A stretch of DNA of 38,881 bases from assembly GCF_006345805.1 (NCBI RefSeq), contig NW_021835866.1, positions 1 to 38,881 of the forward strand. Reading direction: 5' to 3'. This document shows, in pieces, positions 19,734 through 31,680 of the stretch. The stretch comes from Octopus sinensis. Lineage: Eukaryota. Both the position numbers and the translations under genes were made by a program. The stretch's first letter is position 1. The number at the start of each line of letters is the position of its first letter. The notes below the pieces were generated by a model. It saw only the letters and a list, made by a program, of their open reading frames with translations, made no database searches and had not been told where the DNA came from.

Positions 19734-22260
19734 TTTATTTGCTAAATTGAATACCAGGTAAGTACAGGTGAGAAAGCAAGGCATCGGTAACATTAATCCC
19801 ATCCCCCCCCTGCTCCGTACACCTGTAAAATATTCGTGGTTTTGTGCTTAATGTGAGAAAATATTGTAATAATAATAATGATAATAATAATCATTATTAG
19901 TAGTAGTAGTATTAGTATTGTTATTACCAAAGGTGACCAGCTGGTTGATTTATTACCTTAGTAACCCACTCATTAATGTTCCGAGTTCAATTTCTGCCAA
20001 GGGTGTCTTCGCCTTTCATCCTTTTGGTGCGGTATGGGGTTCGATAAATAAGTACCATCTCCCTTAAAATTTCTGGCCTTGTACCAATTGTAGAAAGAGT
20101 TATTGTTGTTGTTATTATTATTATTATTAAAAAGGTGTCAAGTTGGCTGAATTGTTAGCACGCCGGGCAAAATGCTTAGCGACTTTTCATCTGTCTTTAC
20201 GTTCTGAGTTCAAATTCCGCCGAGGTCGACTTTGACTTTCATCCTTTCGGGGTCAATAAATTAAGTACCAGTTGAGTACTAGGGTCAATGTGATCAATTC
20301 ACCCCCCCCCCCAAAAAATCCAGGCCTTATGCCTATAGTAGAAAGGATTATTATTATTATTAAGGCGGCGAGCTGGCAGAAACGTTAGCGCACTGGGTGA
20401 AATGCTTAGCGGTATTTCATGTGTTTACATTCTGAGTTCAAAATCCACCGATCTCGACTTTGCCTTTCATCCTTTCGAGGTCGATAAATTAAGTACCAGT
20501 TGCATTCTGGGGTCGATCTAATCGACTGGCCCCTTCCCCCAAAATTTTGGGCTTTGTGCCTAGAGTAGAAAAGATTATTATTAAGGTGATGAGCTGGCAG
20601 AATTGTTAGCACGCCGGGCAAAATGCTTAGTGGTATTTCGTCCGTCTTTACGTTCTAGGTTCAAATTCTGCTGAGGTTGACTTTACCTTTCATCCTTCTG
20701 TAGTCAATAAAAATAAGTACCAGTTGGGTTCTGGGGTTGATCTAATTGACTTATCCCTTCCCTGAACTTGCTGGCCTTGTGCACAAAATTTGAAATTGAT
20801 ATTGTTATTATTATTATATTAAAGGTAGTGAGCTGGCAGAATTGTTAAGAATGCGGGACAAAATGTTTAGCAGTATTTCTTCTGGTTCTCTACATTCTGA
20901 GTTCAAATCCAGCCGAGGGTCATCTTTGCCTTTTATCCTGTCAGGGTCAATAAAATAAGTACCAGTTGCGTACTGGGGTTGAAGTAATCGACGAGCCCCA
21001 CTCCTTCGAATTTTCAGGCCTTGCGCGGTTGGCAGACTATTGAGTGTCGGACAAAATGCTATGTGGTGTCTCGTTCGTTTCGAGTTCAAATCCTGCCGAG
21101 GCCAACATTGCTTTCCATCCTTTCCAGGTTCCTTAAATCCTTAAAAATGTTTTAGCCCGAAGGCCGCGGCCATGCTGGGGCAGCACCGCTAAATTAAAGT
21201 ACACTGTTGCTAAATTAAAGTACGCTGTCGTCCCCCCCCCCACACACACACACTCAAAATTTGTTAGCCTTGAGCCTAGTTTAGTAACAGCGAGGGCAGT
21301 GGATTGACAGAATCATTACAACATCAGCAAAAACACCTTGCGGCATTTGTTTCAATTCTCTACATTCCAAGATCAAATCCTGCTGAAGTCAACTTTGCCG
21401 TTCATTTTTTTTTTTTTCTTAAGGTCCAATAAAATACCTGCCAAGTACCTGAGTCTGTGCTATAAATTAATCCCAAATTACTGGCCTTGTACCTTAATTA
21501 AAAGCAATTATTATACCTTTCTTTTGGTGACAGGTGTATTATTTAATTATGCGATGTTGATATTGTTTTTTTGATTTTTATTTTTGGCTGGGATAAACGA
21601 GTGGTCTTGTAATTAATAATATATTATTTATTTATCAAATATTTTGTTTCTTTTGAAGAAATAAAAAATTTTTTAAAAAAGCAGATATTATAGCAAAATG
21701 GCTATCTTGTATACAATAATCCCGTCTCTTGTGTTATTATTCCAGAGGTTTACGGCATCAAGCTGGCAGAATCATTAGCAAGCTGTATTCTCACAGTATT
21801 CCGTCTGTCTTTATGTTCTGAGTTCAAATTTCGCCGAGGTCGACTTTGCCTTTCATCCTTTCGGGGTCGATTAAATAAGTACCAGTTACACACTGGGGGT
21901 CGATGTAATCGACTTAATCCGTTTGTCTGTCCTTGTTTGTCGTCTCTGTGTTTAGACCCTTTGTCACCAGTAGGGGTAGAAGCTTTCTCAACTTTGCCCA
22001 GGCTATTAGCCCCTTGTGGGTAGTAAAGAAATAAGTATTTCTTCTGGTTCTCAATGTTCTGAGTTTGAATACTGCCGAGGTCGACTTTGTCCATCATTCT
22101 TTACAGAGTAGATAAAATAAGTACCAGTTACATACTGGGGTTGATGTGATCAACTTACTCCCTATCCCAAAAATTTCAGGCCCTGTGCCATAATTTGAAA
22201 CTGATATTAATACTGTTGTAGGGAGCTGGCAGAATTGTTAGCATGCCAAACAAAATGTTA
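19575..22260 (+). mobile_element. Cluster of about 10 co-oriented SINE family B copies separated by (TAT)n tails
   Basis: Recurrent GAGCTGGCAGAA..GTTAGC head and CTTTGCCTTTCATCCTTT..GTCGATAAA..AAGTACCAGTT core. Confidence 0.8.
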
Positions 22261-22542
22261 TGCAGTATGTGTATATATGAGTGTGTATGTGTGTGTATAT
22301 ATATATAATATATATATATATAAAATATGTATGTATGTTATATATATATATATATATATATAAAATATGTATGTATGTATACATATAAAATATGTATGTA
22401 TGTATATATATATATATATATAAAATATGTATGTATGATATATATATATATATATAAAATATGTATGTATATATATATATATAAAATATGTATGTATATA
22501 TATATATATATAAAATATGTATGTATGTATATATATATATAT

Positions 22543-22573
<31 letters not shown>

Positions 22574-22926
22574 ATATATATATAATATATATATAAAATA
22601 TGTATATGTATATATATATATATTATATATATAAAATATGTATGTATGTATATATATATATAAAATATGTATGTATGTATATATATTATATATATATAAA
22701 ATATGTATGTATAATATATATATAAAAATGTATGTATATATATATATATATAAAATATGTATGTATGTATATATATATATATATATATTATAAAATATGT
22801 ATGTATGTATATATATAAAATATGTATGTATGTAATATATATATATAAAATATGTATGTATTATATATATATATAAATAAAATATGTATGTATTATATAT
22901 ATATATATATATATAAAATATGTATG

Positions 22927-22977
<51 letters not shown>

Positions 22978-22980
22978 CTT
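22260..22980. repeat. About 28-30-bp AT-rich minisatellite (ATAAAATATGTATGTATGTATATATATAT)n
   Basis: TAAAATATGTATG recurs many times. Confidence 0.9.
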
Positions 22981-23345
22981 TATCTTGTTTCAGCTCACGA
23001 GCTGTGGCCATGCTGGGGCACCGCCATTTGGTGTTGCTACATGATTTTACTTCACGAATGCATTTTAGCAATTGGCATTTGGTGCATGAGAGTTCGATGC
23101 AGCTGCCCTCATCTGCACCTCCTGCCGTGAAGTTGGTTCATCTGGGATACCTGACAGGAAGAGGTCCAGTTTTATTTTAAAGACATCCACATCTACACCA
23201 TGCAGGTCCCTCAGGTTCTTCGGGAGGATATTGAAGAGCTGTGGGCCTCTGAAGCCCAGGCTATCGCAGTATCTTGTCCTACATCTTGATGGCAAATTTG
23301 GAGTCCTTGGCACTATGCAGTGGCGCCCAGTTCTGGCATTTGTGT
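22981..23345 (-). mobile_element. LINE 3' end, same family as 2227-2582
   Basis: Translates to YCDSLGFRGPQLFNILPKNLRDLHGVDVDVFKIKLDLFLSGIPDEP. Confidence 0.75.
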
Positions 23346-24447
23346 AACTCTCGATACCACATATATATATAATAACAATTAATAAATAAAACATATGCAT
23401 ACATACATACATATATGTACATACCTACATGTATATATACATGTATATATGGGTACAGGACACCACAAATAAACGTGGAACACAATGAGAAACGAAAACA
23501 AAACCAAACAAGGAAACGGACTTTTTTTTAACAATGAAAAAACAGAGTACAAGACAAACAATGCAAGGAATATTCCCCTTCTTCAGCTGCCTCTGTTTCG
23601 ATGTGTATATATGCATACACACACACATATATATATATATACATATATGCAAGCTTGCATACACACACATATATATATATATCACCATTGTCGTCGTTTA
23701 ACGTCCACTTTCCATGCTAGTATGGGTTGGACGATTTGACTGAGGACTGGTGAACCAGATGGCTGCACCAGGCTCCAATCTGATCTGGCATTGGAGTCTA
23801 TATATATATATATATATATTATATTAAATTAGAGATAAAACCACTATTAGGCAAATCAAACAGTGAAAAACATAAACCAGAACATAGAAATAAATTAATT
23901 AATATAATATACAAAATATATATAAATACATATTTATACTGTAAAATTAGATTTAATCCTAAATCTAATTTTTCCCTGTAAGTTTGGATTTACTCCCTAA
24001 TATTATTATATATATATATATGCATACACACAAACACATACATAGTATGTGTGTGTGTGTGTTAGTGTTTGTGTCACCTGGTCTTGATAGCTGTAAAGAA
24101 GTGTCACTGTCATATAAGCAGTGTCATTTCTTTCCATTCTTCTGTGAAAAATCATTTCTAGCTAATGAGGAAATAAGGAAATGTTACCTTGCTTGGAAAC
24201 AGGTGACAGTAACAGGTAACACATCCAAGTATTGAAAAAAAAAACTGTCCCATACAAGCATGGAAAAATGGACATTAATATAATGATGATGATAATGGTC
24301 AAAGTCACCAGTGGTGCAATAAGGGCACCCAGTACACACTGTAAGGTGGTTTGGTGTTAGGAAAAGCACCCGGCTATAGGAACCATGCCAAAACTGACAT
24401 CAGAGCTTGGCACAAACACTTGGAAGTTTTAAATAATGTTTTCAAAA

Positions 24448-24703
24448 TTAAAATTTCGGTAGCTGCTGTACATTGTCAAGAGCAGATTTTGAGTCTGATT
24501 TGTACATGAGAAAGTAACCCTGGAGTTGGGCAGCACTGATTTCCTGGCTCTCGGCTAAAAGCTGGTCGGCGAACTGTTCTGCCATGCTCTCGAGTTCCTC
24601 CGGATAGAAGCGCAGAAACATGGTCTTTATTTGGTGCTTTGAGGCAAAGTCGATCTTCTCTTTGATATCCACTCGACCAGGTCGGATCAGTGCAGAGTCA
24701 AGT
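24448..24703 (-). CDS. BCS1L: BCS1L exon 4 (terminal)
   Basis: Acceptor ttttgcAG; [19 protein letters not shown]...QQLPKF*. Confidence 0.92.
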
Positions 24704-27700
24704 CTGCAAAAAAAAAGAAAAAAAATAAGCAGAAAAAGAGAGAGGACAATGATGCGTGAAAATTAGGGGTTCTCATCTATTTTTTATTCCTGTGGACCCC
24801 TTTAATTCCTGTTTTACTTTGCTGGGTGCCCAGAGCAATTTGAAGTTTAAAAACAATTCCAAATGACAGTGCCCCAGCATGGCCACAGCTCGTGAGCTGA
24901 AACTAGATAAAATAAATAAATAAATAAATTATATACTTAAAATTAATCATTTTGTTATTCTGTTACTTGTTTCAGTCATTTTACTACAGCCATGCTGGAG
25001 CAACTCCAGAATTTATTTTATTGGACTCTTTGCTGAACCGCTAAGTAACATGAATGTAAACACACCAACGTCTGTTGTCGTGTGATTGTTAGGGGACACA
25101 AAGACATACATACATATATATATACGACAGGCTTCTTTCAGTTTCCGTCTACCAAATCCACTCACAAGGCTATGGTGAGCCCTAGGCTATAGTAGAAGAC
25201 ACTTGACCAAGGTGCCACACAGTGGGACTGAACCTGGAACCACATGGTTGCTAAGCAAGGTTCCTACCACACAGCTACGCCTGCACATATTTTTCACAAC
25301 AAAATCTTAAGTCCTGGGGTCGATTTGCTTGACTAAAGGCAGTGCTCCAGCATGGCCGTAGTCAAATGACTGAAACAAATGAAAGAATAAAAAGAAAAGA
25401 ATATACATATATATATATAATGTATTCAAAGCAGGAAGTGTCGTTGTTGGGCCCAAAACCCAATGAAGGGCCCTCCACAGGAGCTAGCTTAAAAGCTGCC
25501 CTATCAGGTGACTTTTCAGCTAGTTCAACATATTCCTGCACTCAAATGACCGAAACGAGTGAAAGAATAAATTAACGAACGAAGGAGTAAAAGTCATTAA
25601 AAACTTACCTGTTTAAATAATTAGTCGTCATGAAAACGATGCGTCCTTCTGCGGAAGCGACTCCGTCCAGGGCATTGAGTAAACCACTGAGGGTCAAACG
25701 GCCAAACCCTTGGTAAGCAGCAGGATCTGGGGAAAGAAAGCATAAAATGGGTTGGAGGGGGGGAAGAAGTGAAGGAGTGATGGCTTGGTGGTTAGGGTGA
25801 TTGGTTCATGATTGTAAGGTCATGAGTTCGAATCCTGGTGATGCATTCTGTCCTTGAGCAAGACACTTTATTTCATGTTGCCCCAGTCTCCTCAGCTGGT
25901 AAAAATGAGTTGTACCTGTAATTCAAAGGGGGCCAGCCTTGTCACATTCTGTGTCATGCTGAATCTGTCTGGGAACTATGTTAGGGGTGCATGTGTCTGT
26001 GGAGTACTCAGCAACTTGCATGTTAATTTCACTAGCAGGCTGTTCTGTTGATCGGATCAACTGGGATCTTTATTGTAATAGAAGGTGAAGAGGAAGAAGG
26101 GGATGAGGAAAAGGAAGGTTGAAGAAGAGGAAGAGGGAGAAGAAGCAGAAGAGGAAGAGGGAAAAGTGGAGGGAGAAGAGGGAGAAGGGGAAGAAGAGAG
26201 GAAGTGGAGGGAGAAAAGGAAGGAGTGGAGATGAAGACATAGATGAAGAGGGAGAGTACTTACTTTCAACAGAAAGATCCCGGCTGACAAAAGCAGCATC
26301 AATGTCCTCGAGGAGGATGATGCTCTGTTCGGGTGCTGTGGTTAGCAGGTGAGACACTCGGTCATCCGTGAGGCTGCGTTCGCTGAGGTTCATCACACAA
26401 ATGTGATAATCCAGCTCACCTGTTCAAAGGTAAAAAAAAAACCCAAATCAAGTCAATAAACAAAATGGTTAATTGCAAGCCGTGTGTGTGGAGAGGTCAG
26501 AGGCCACTGAGATGAGAATATGACCTTCATTTAAAGTCCTCCTTCCATGCTGGCAAACCAGAAAACTACGCCAAGCTTCAATGGTTTGACAGGAGCTGGC
26601 AAGCCAGAGGATTGCACCAAGCTCCACTGTCTGCTCTGGAATGGTTTCTATGGCTGGATGCTCTTTCTAATGCCAACCATTTTACAGTTCCTTTTATGCT
26701 GATTTATTCAGTGCCAGCAAGGTCAGCGAGTGAGTCAGAAGACAAGCACCACCACCCCCCACTCAACTGAGGCGGGGCAGGGAGAGAGAGAGAGAGTAGT
26801 GCTGAGTGGGGGTAGCATTATGCCAGGTGATGAGATGTTGGAGTATGAAGAGAGGGAGAGAAATAGGTTTTTTTTACTGTAGAGAGGAGAGAAAGAGAGA
26901 GAATGAGAGGGGAAAAAGAGGAGGGAGGAGAGAAAGATAGGAGAGGAAAGTGAGAGGAGAGAAAAAGAGAAGAGAGGAAGAGAGAGAACGAGAGGAGGAA
27001 AGGGAGGAGAAGAAGAGAGAGTGGGGAAAGAAAGAGAATAGAAAAAGAGAATGGAGAGAGAGAGAAGAGAGAAAAGAAAATAAGAGAGAGAGAGGAAAGA
27101 AGAGAATGAGAAAGAGAGAGGTAAGGGAGATGAGCGGAGAGAGCGAGGAGGGAAAGGGGGAGGAGAAAAGAGAGAGTGGAAAAAGAAAGAGGAGAGAATG
27201 AGAAGAAAGTGAGAGAAGAGAAAAAGAGAGGAAAGAGAGAAGAAAGAATGGAGAGAGACAGAGGTAAGAAAGAGAGAAGAGAGGGAGGAAAGGGATGAGA
27301 AAAAGGGAGAGAAGAGAGGAAAGAAAGTGTGGGGAGAGAGAGAGTTTTGCTATAATCATAACCTCACAACCAATTTCTCATTCCCCTTTTAGCATTCAAA
27401 CTGGCCAAATCCAGCCCAAATATTCAACCAGTTTTATATTGGAACTGGCCAGATTCAGTCTCTCACACCTACCCTACAATGTCATTCTAAAAAATAAACA
27501 ATCACATCTTCAAAATACTAAAGCTACAAGATACTACGCGATTAATTTGATTACATTTGATAAATTAATCTGAAAGCCAAAGAGTTAATTATTTTTCAAA
27601 AATGTTTCCTTACCTGCCAGGGCTACAATGTAACTGCTTTTCCCACAACCTGGGGGTCCGTGAAGCAAGTAACCCCTGCGATAGGGGATACCTCTGTCTG

Positions 27701-28349
27701 TATACCACTTGACGCTGGAAATGAATTCGTTGATGTCTTTAAATATTCCTTCTGAAATGCCATGATCAAGAATGACAGAGTGCAAGGGACGTTTGCGCTT
27801 TGGGTACCCCAGCTGTCGCCATTCGGCACCCATCGGTGTGTACATGACCGTTCTGCCCTCCTGCTCTTTGAGTGCAATTGCTCGCGCCTCATCGAGAATG
27901 TCAATAAACAATTGCTTGTTTTGCCCGACGGCCGTCAACGAGACGGTCTCGAAGGGTACCCCCGTCGTGATGTCCCCCATCGTTTTCTCGCGGTTTCGCT
28001 CCACTTTGAACCAGTTGCCTTTATGCCTGAAAAAGTGGTCACCGGGGCTCGGCACAAAGTCAAAGTACGTGAAGACACGGCCCGTGTCTGACTGATGGTA
28101 CTTGGTGTGAACGCTAAGATGCTGCGTGCGCTTGTACGCTCGGTTGGAGATCCAGTGCAACAGCCAGCGGTAGCTCTTGTCTGAGCTCGGAACCTCCAAG
28201 CTGATCAGGTAGTTTCTTCGCAGCAGGATCAAACCATACTGACTTAATTTCCGCAGTGCTGCCATTCCGGTTCCGACACCTACCAGCCCAAATCCGGCAC
28301 CAAAATAAGGATTTGTGGTCAGGGATCCCAGAAGGTCCACAACCGTCAT
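24448..28349 (-). CDS. BCS1L: Mitochondrial chaperone BCS1 (AAA ATPase, complex III Rieske protein insertion), 4 exons, 1266 nt, 421 aa: complement(join(24448..24703,25609..25726,26264..26419,27614..28349))
   Basis: N-terminal [14 protein letters not shown] segment, Walker A GPPGCGKS, Walker [17 protein letters not shown], second region of homology [13 protein letters not shown]-terminal [13 protein letters not shown] introns are phase-consistent. Confidence 0.95.
24960..25385. mobile_element. SINE family A (-) followed by a family A tail (+) in BCS1L intron 3
   Basis: Matches to the family A head and tail in opposite orientations. Confidence 0.75.
25609..25726 (-). CDS. BCS1L: BCS1L exon 3
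   Basis: [39 protein letters not shown]; donor GTAAGT. Confidence 0.92.
25780..26070 (+). mobile_element. SINE family C in BCS1L intron 2
   Basis: tRNA-like head GGTTAGGG...GAGTTCGAATCCTGG; 3' part is shared with 6895-7100. Confidence 0.75.
26264..26419 (-). CDS. BCS1L: BCS1L exon 2 (156 nt, phase 1-1)
   Basis: [25 protein letters not shown]...[17 protein letters not shown]; donor GTAAGT. Confidence 0.92.
26780..27345. repeat. Purine-rich (GA/GAA/GGA) low-complexity tract in BCS1L intron 1
   Basis: Almost entirely A/G on the plus strand. Confidence 0.9.
27614..28349 (-). CDS. BCS1L: BCS1L coding exon 1
   Basis: ATG at 28349 is preceded by acceptor-like ttgacgcAG, implying an upstream UTR exon; donor CAG|GTAAGG. 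Confidence 0.93.
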
Positions 28350-28592
28350 ACTGCGTCAAAGATAAGTAATCTGGAATAAAAAAGAAAAAGAATCAAAATA
28401 TAATAAACCTAATTCATTAAGATTATTCATGAGTGGCTGTGTGGTAAGTAGCTTGCTTACCAACCACACGGTTCTGGGTTCAGTCCCACTGTGTGGCATC
28501 TTGGGCAAGTTTCTTCTACTATAGCCTCGGGCTGACCAAAGCCTTGTGAGTGGATTTGGTAGATGGAAAAGGAAAGAAGCCCGTCGTATATA

Positions 28593-28644
<52 letters not shown>

Positions 28645-28650
<6 letters not shown>

Positions 28651-28830
28651 TAATCCAAACAAGAAAACACAACAACGCAAGGACGTGGAACAAATATTGG
28701 ACGCTCAGGAAAGAAGGAGGGTTTAACGTTTCGAGCGGAGCTCCTCGTCGGAAACATAGGGGAAGGAAAGATCCAGAGAAGGGAAGACAGAGGAAAAAAA
28801 TCGCCAACGGTACACACGCGGTCACATGTG
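28645..28830 (-). mobile_element. Penelope-like element fragment nested in the microsatellite of a SINE family A copy (28428-29140)
   Basis: Carries a minimal hammerhead-like motif and sits between the head and tail halves of the SINE. The family assignment is an inference from the motif. Confidence 0.5.
28721..28755 (-). ncRNA. Minimal type-I hammerhead ribozyme-like motif (variant core)
   Basis: Minus strand: GUUU-CCGACGA-G-GAGC-UCC-GCUC-GAAA-CGUU-AAAC. Stem I GUUU/AAAC, stem II GAGC/GCUC, palindromic ACGU stem III. Confidence 0.6.
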
Positions 28831-29219
28831 TATATATACACATACATATATACGACGGGCTTCTTTCCTTTTCCATCTACTAAATCCACTCACAAGGCTT
28901 ATATATGTATGCATGTATGTATGTGTGTGTGTGTATTTGTGAGTCTGTGTTTGTCCCCTCAACATCGCTTGACAACCGATGCTGGTGTGTTTACGTCCCC
29001 GTCACTTAGCGGTTCGGCAAAAGAGACCGATAGAATAAGTACTAGGCTCACAAAGAATAAGTCCTGGGGTCGATTTGCTCGACTAAAGGCGGTGCACCAG
29101 CATGGCCGCAGTCAAATGCCTGAAACAAGTAAAAGAGTATAACAAAGAGTATTACACGCTCTCCATGTAGAAATTAGATCAAATTAACGAAGAGGTCCTG
29201 GTCGAAAGTACACCTTATA

Positions 29220-29470
29220 GGTACTTTTTAAGAAGAGTTGTCCCGGTGCGCGCACTCGCGTACTCACGCATACGCGCTAGCTAGTCGTGACTAGTCGATC
29301 CTTACTTTGTGTTTTTGTGTTTAATTTACTTTGTTTAAAAAAAATTATTTATTTTGTGTTTGATTTACTTTGCTAGGTAGTCGTTGTAGGATCGACTAGT
29401 CACGACTAGCTAGCGCGGTTGCTGGAGTACGCGAGTGCGCGCACCGGGACCACTCTTCTTAAATAGTACC
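29220..29470 (-). mobile_element. Intact 251-bp MITE with about 83-bp TIRs and a 9-bp TSD (Mutator-like)
   Basis: TSD CACCTTATA at 29211-29219 and 29471-29479; termini GGTACT...AGTACC; same family as 6189-6774, opposite orientation. Confidence 0.85.
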
Positions 29471-29759
29471 CACCTTATAATCGGTTGTAACTTTGGTGGA
29501 GTTTTGCAAAAGCTGTGAGTGGAAGTCCTGCCTGTTCTTCCTTCGCAACGGCGTTCTTTTATCCTTGGAATTGTTTCAGGCATTGAACTGCGACCATCGT
29601 TCTCGAAGACTTGGGTCGGACAATTCTACAGCAGTACGAGCTGTTTTAAAGTCTGGTACGTAAAGTTACGAGGAGGTAAACAAACCATCACCTGTCTGTT
29701 GCCAAGCGGTGTGCAGACGGACGAAAACAAAGGCGTATACACAGATGCACCTAAAGAAA

Positions 29760-30312
29760 GAAATATATTTCTTTACTACCCACAAGGGGCTAAACACAAA
29801 GGGGACAAACAAGGACAGACATGGGTATTAAGTCGATTACATCGACCCCAGTGCGTAACTGGTACTTATTTAATCGACCTTGGCGGAATTTGAACCCAGA
29901 ACGTAACGGCAGACGAAATATGGCTACGCATTTCGCCCGGTGTGCTAACGTTTCTGCCAGCTCGCCGCTTAAAGAAAGAAATAGATAGACAGACAGACAG
30001 ACAAATAGTCAGGGAGACGACAGACCAACATGTGGCATTGTCGGCCCGGTACCCAAGGTGACGAGCAGCGGTATTGAACACAGGCGGCGAGCTGGCAGAA
30101 ACGTTAGCGCGCCGGGCGAAATGCTTAGTGGTATTTCGTCTGCGTTACGTTGTGAGTTCAAATTCCGTCGAGGTCGACTTTGCCTTCCATCCTTTCGGGG
30201 TCGATTAAATAAGTACCAGTTACGCACTGGGGTCGATGTAATCGACTTAATCCCTTTGTCTGTCCTTGTTTGTCCCCTCTGTGTGTAGCCCCTTGTGGGT
30301 AGTAAAGAAATA
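29760..30312. mobile_element. Inverted pair of SINE family B copies (- 29760-29960; + 30082-30312, full length with TSD)
   Basis: 12-bp TSD GGTATTGAACAC at 30070-30081 and 30313-30324. Confidence 0.85.
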
Positions 30313-30957
30313 GGTATTGAACACGGAACCACATGGTTGCGAAGCGAACTTCCAAACCAGACAGCAATGGGAAGATATAAAAATGCTAAACCATCTTCAT
30401 TTAGTCATGACAACTTACCCAGCCCCTTATTAATCCACAAAAGACCCTCCGTAATGAGAAATTATTCCCGTATTTTTTGTCCGGGACGAAGAAGTGGCTT
30501 TAAAGAAAAAATTGGCTGTTATTTCTAGTATATTGAATGACCACATAAAGGCAAGGGAATAACACGGTGAATATGATAGATACCTGTGGATAGCGAAGGT
30601 GTCCTACAGAGAGATCCTGGGGTTACAAACATATGATCGCGTTGGTGACCTCTGTGTTAAAAGACATGTAAGAAAGTGATAGCAACAATATTGGGAAACA
30701 TATAAAAATGGATTGGCGATGCCGAAAGGACGAAAAGAATAAGTTTATGCTCCAAAAAGTAGATTATTATCATAATTAAGGTTTTAATTTCTCAGCAACA
30801 ATTAGTTAAATTATTTAAGTAGCTTCGTAGCTTCGTAGAAAATGAGACAATATATAACCACGTTTCGGTACTGGTCGAAAGGAAAATTGTAAAGATCTTA
30901 TGAGTTGATATTCAATTTGTTTTTGAAGTATTAAAGAAATATAATTATACAGGCTAT

Positions 30958-31220
30958 ACGTATATACGTACATACATATATACATACATGCATACATACA
31001 TACACACATACATACATACATACATACATACACACACACATACATACATACATACATACATACATACATACATACTACATACATACATACCACATACATA
31101 CATACATACATACTACATACATACATACCACATACATACATACATACATACATACATACATACATACATACATACATACACACACACATACATACATACA
31201 TACATACATACATACATACA

Positions 31221-31251
<31 letters not shown>

Positions 31252-31254
31252 CCG

Positions 31255-31295
<41 letters not shown>

Positions 31296-31325
31296 ATATC
31301 TATCTATATATATATATATATATCT
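30958..31325. repeat. (TACA)n followed by (TATC)n microsatellite
   Basis: Direct inspection. Confidence 0.95.
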
Positions 31326-31629
31326 GTCTATAATCGTAATCTTCTCCATCTGAAAGATATTTGTAGAAACTTTTATTTAAAAACAAATACTACAACTTTT
31401 CTGATTAATTTTTACTATTTTTAATTCCACCCCATAACAAAAAAAAAACATTCTTTCGTCCATTTAAGAACTTATCATTATTTTTTCCCCTTCCATATTT
31501 AATAATTATATAACATTTTCATTGTATTTAAATATTTTTTTTGTTTTCTTAATGTTTTTAATTTTTCTTTCATTAAATTTCTTTTTAATTAAGAAAGAAA
31601 AAAAATTCATTTTCTTGTCGTCTACACAT

Positions 31630-31680
31630 GGTAATCCCGGTTTCCGGTTTATCGCTAGCGGAGGCTTCTGATTGGCTAAA
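31630..31680. promoter_or_regulatory. Candidate core promoter motifs between BCS1L and the ZNF gene
   Basis: ETS-like TTCCGG at 31642-31647 and CCAAT box (CTGATTGGCT) at 31668-31677; another TTCCGG at 32053. Motif match only. Confidence 0.35.

Noticed and set aside
26070-27573. Leu/Ser/Phe-rich and Arg/Glu/Lys-rich ORFs
   Set aside because: They are translations of GA-rich intronic low-complexity DNA in BCS1L introns.
29519-29893. 124-aa plus-strand ORF
   Set aside because: No ATG start, it runs into a SINE B copy, and it has no recognisable domain.
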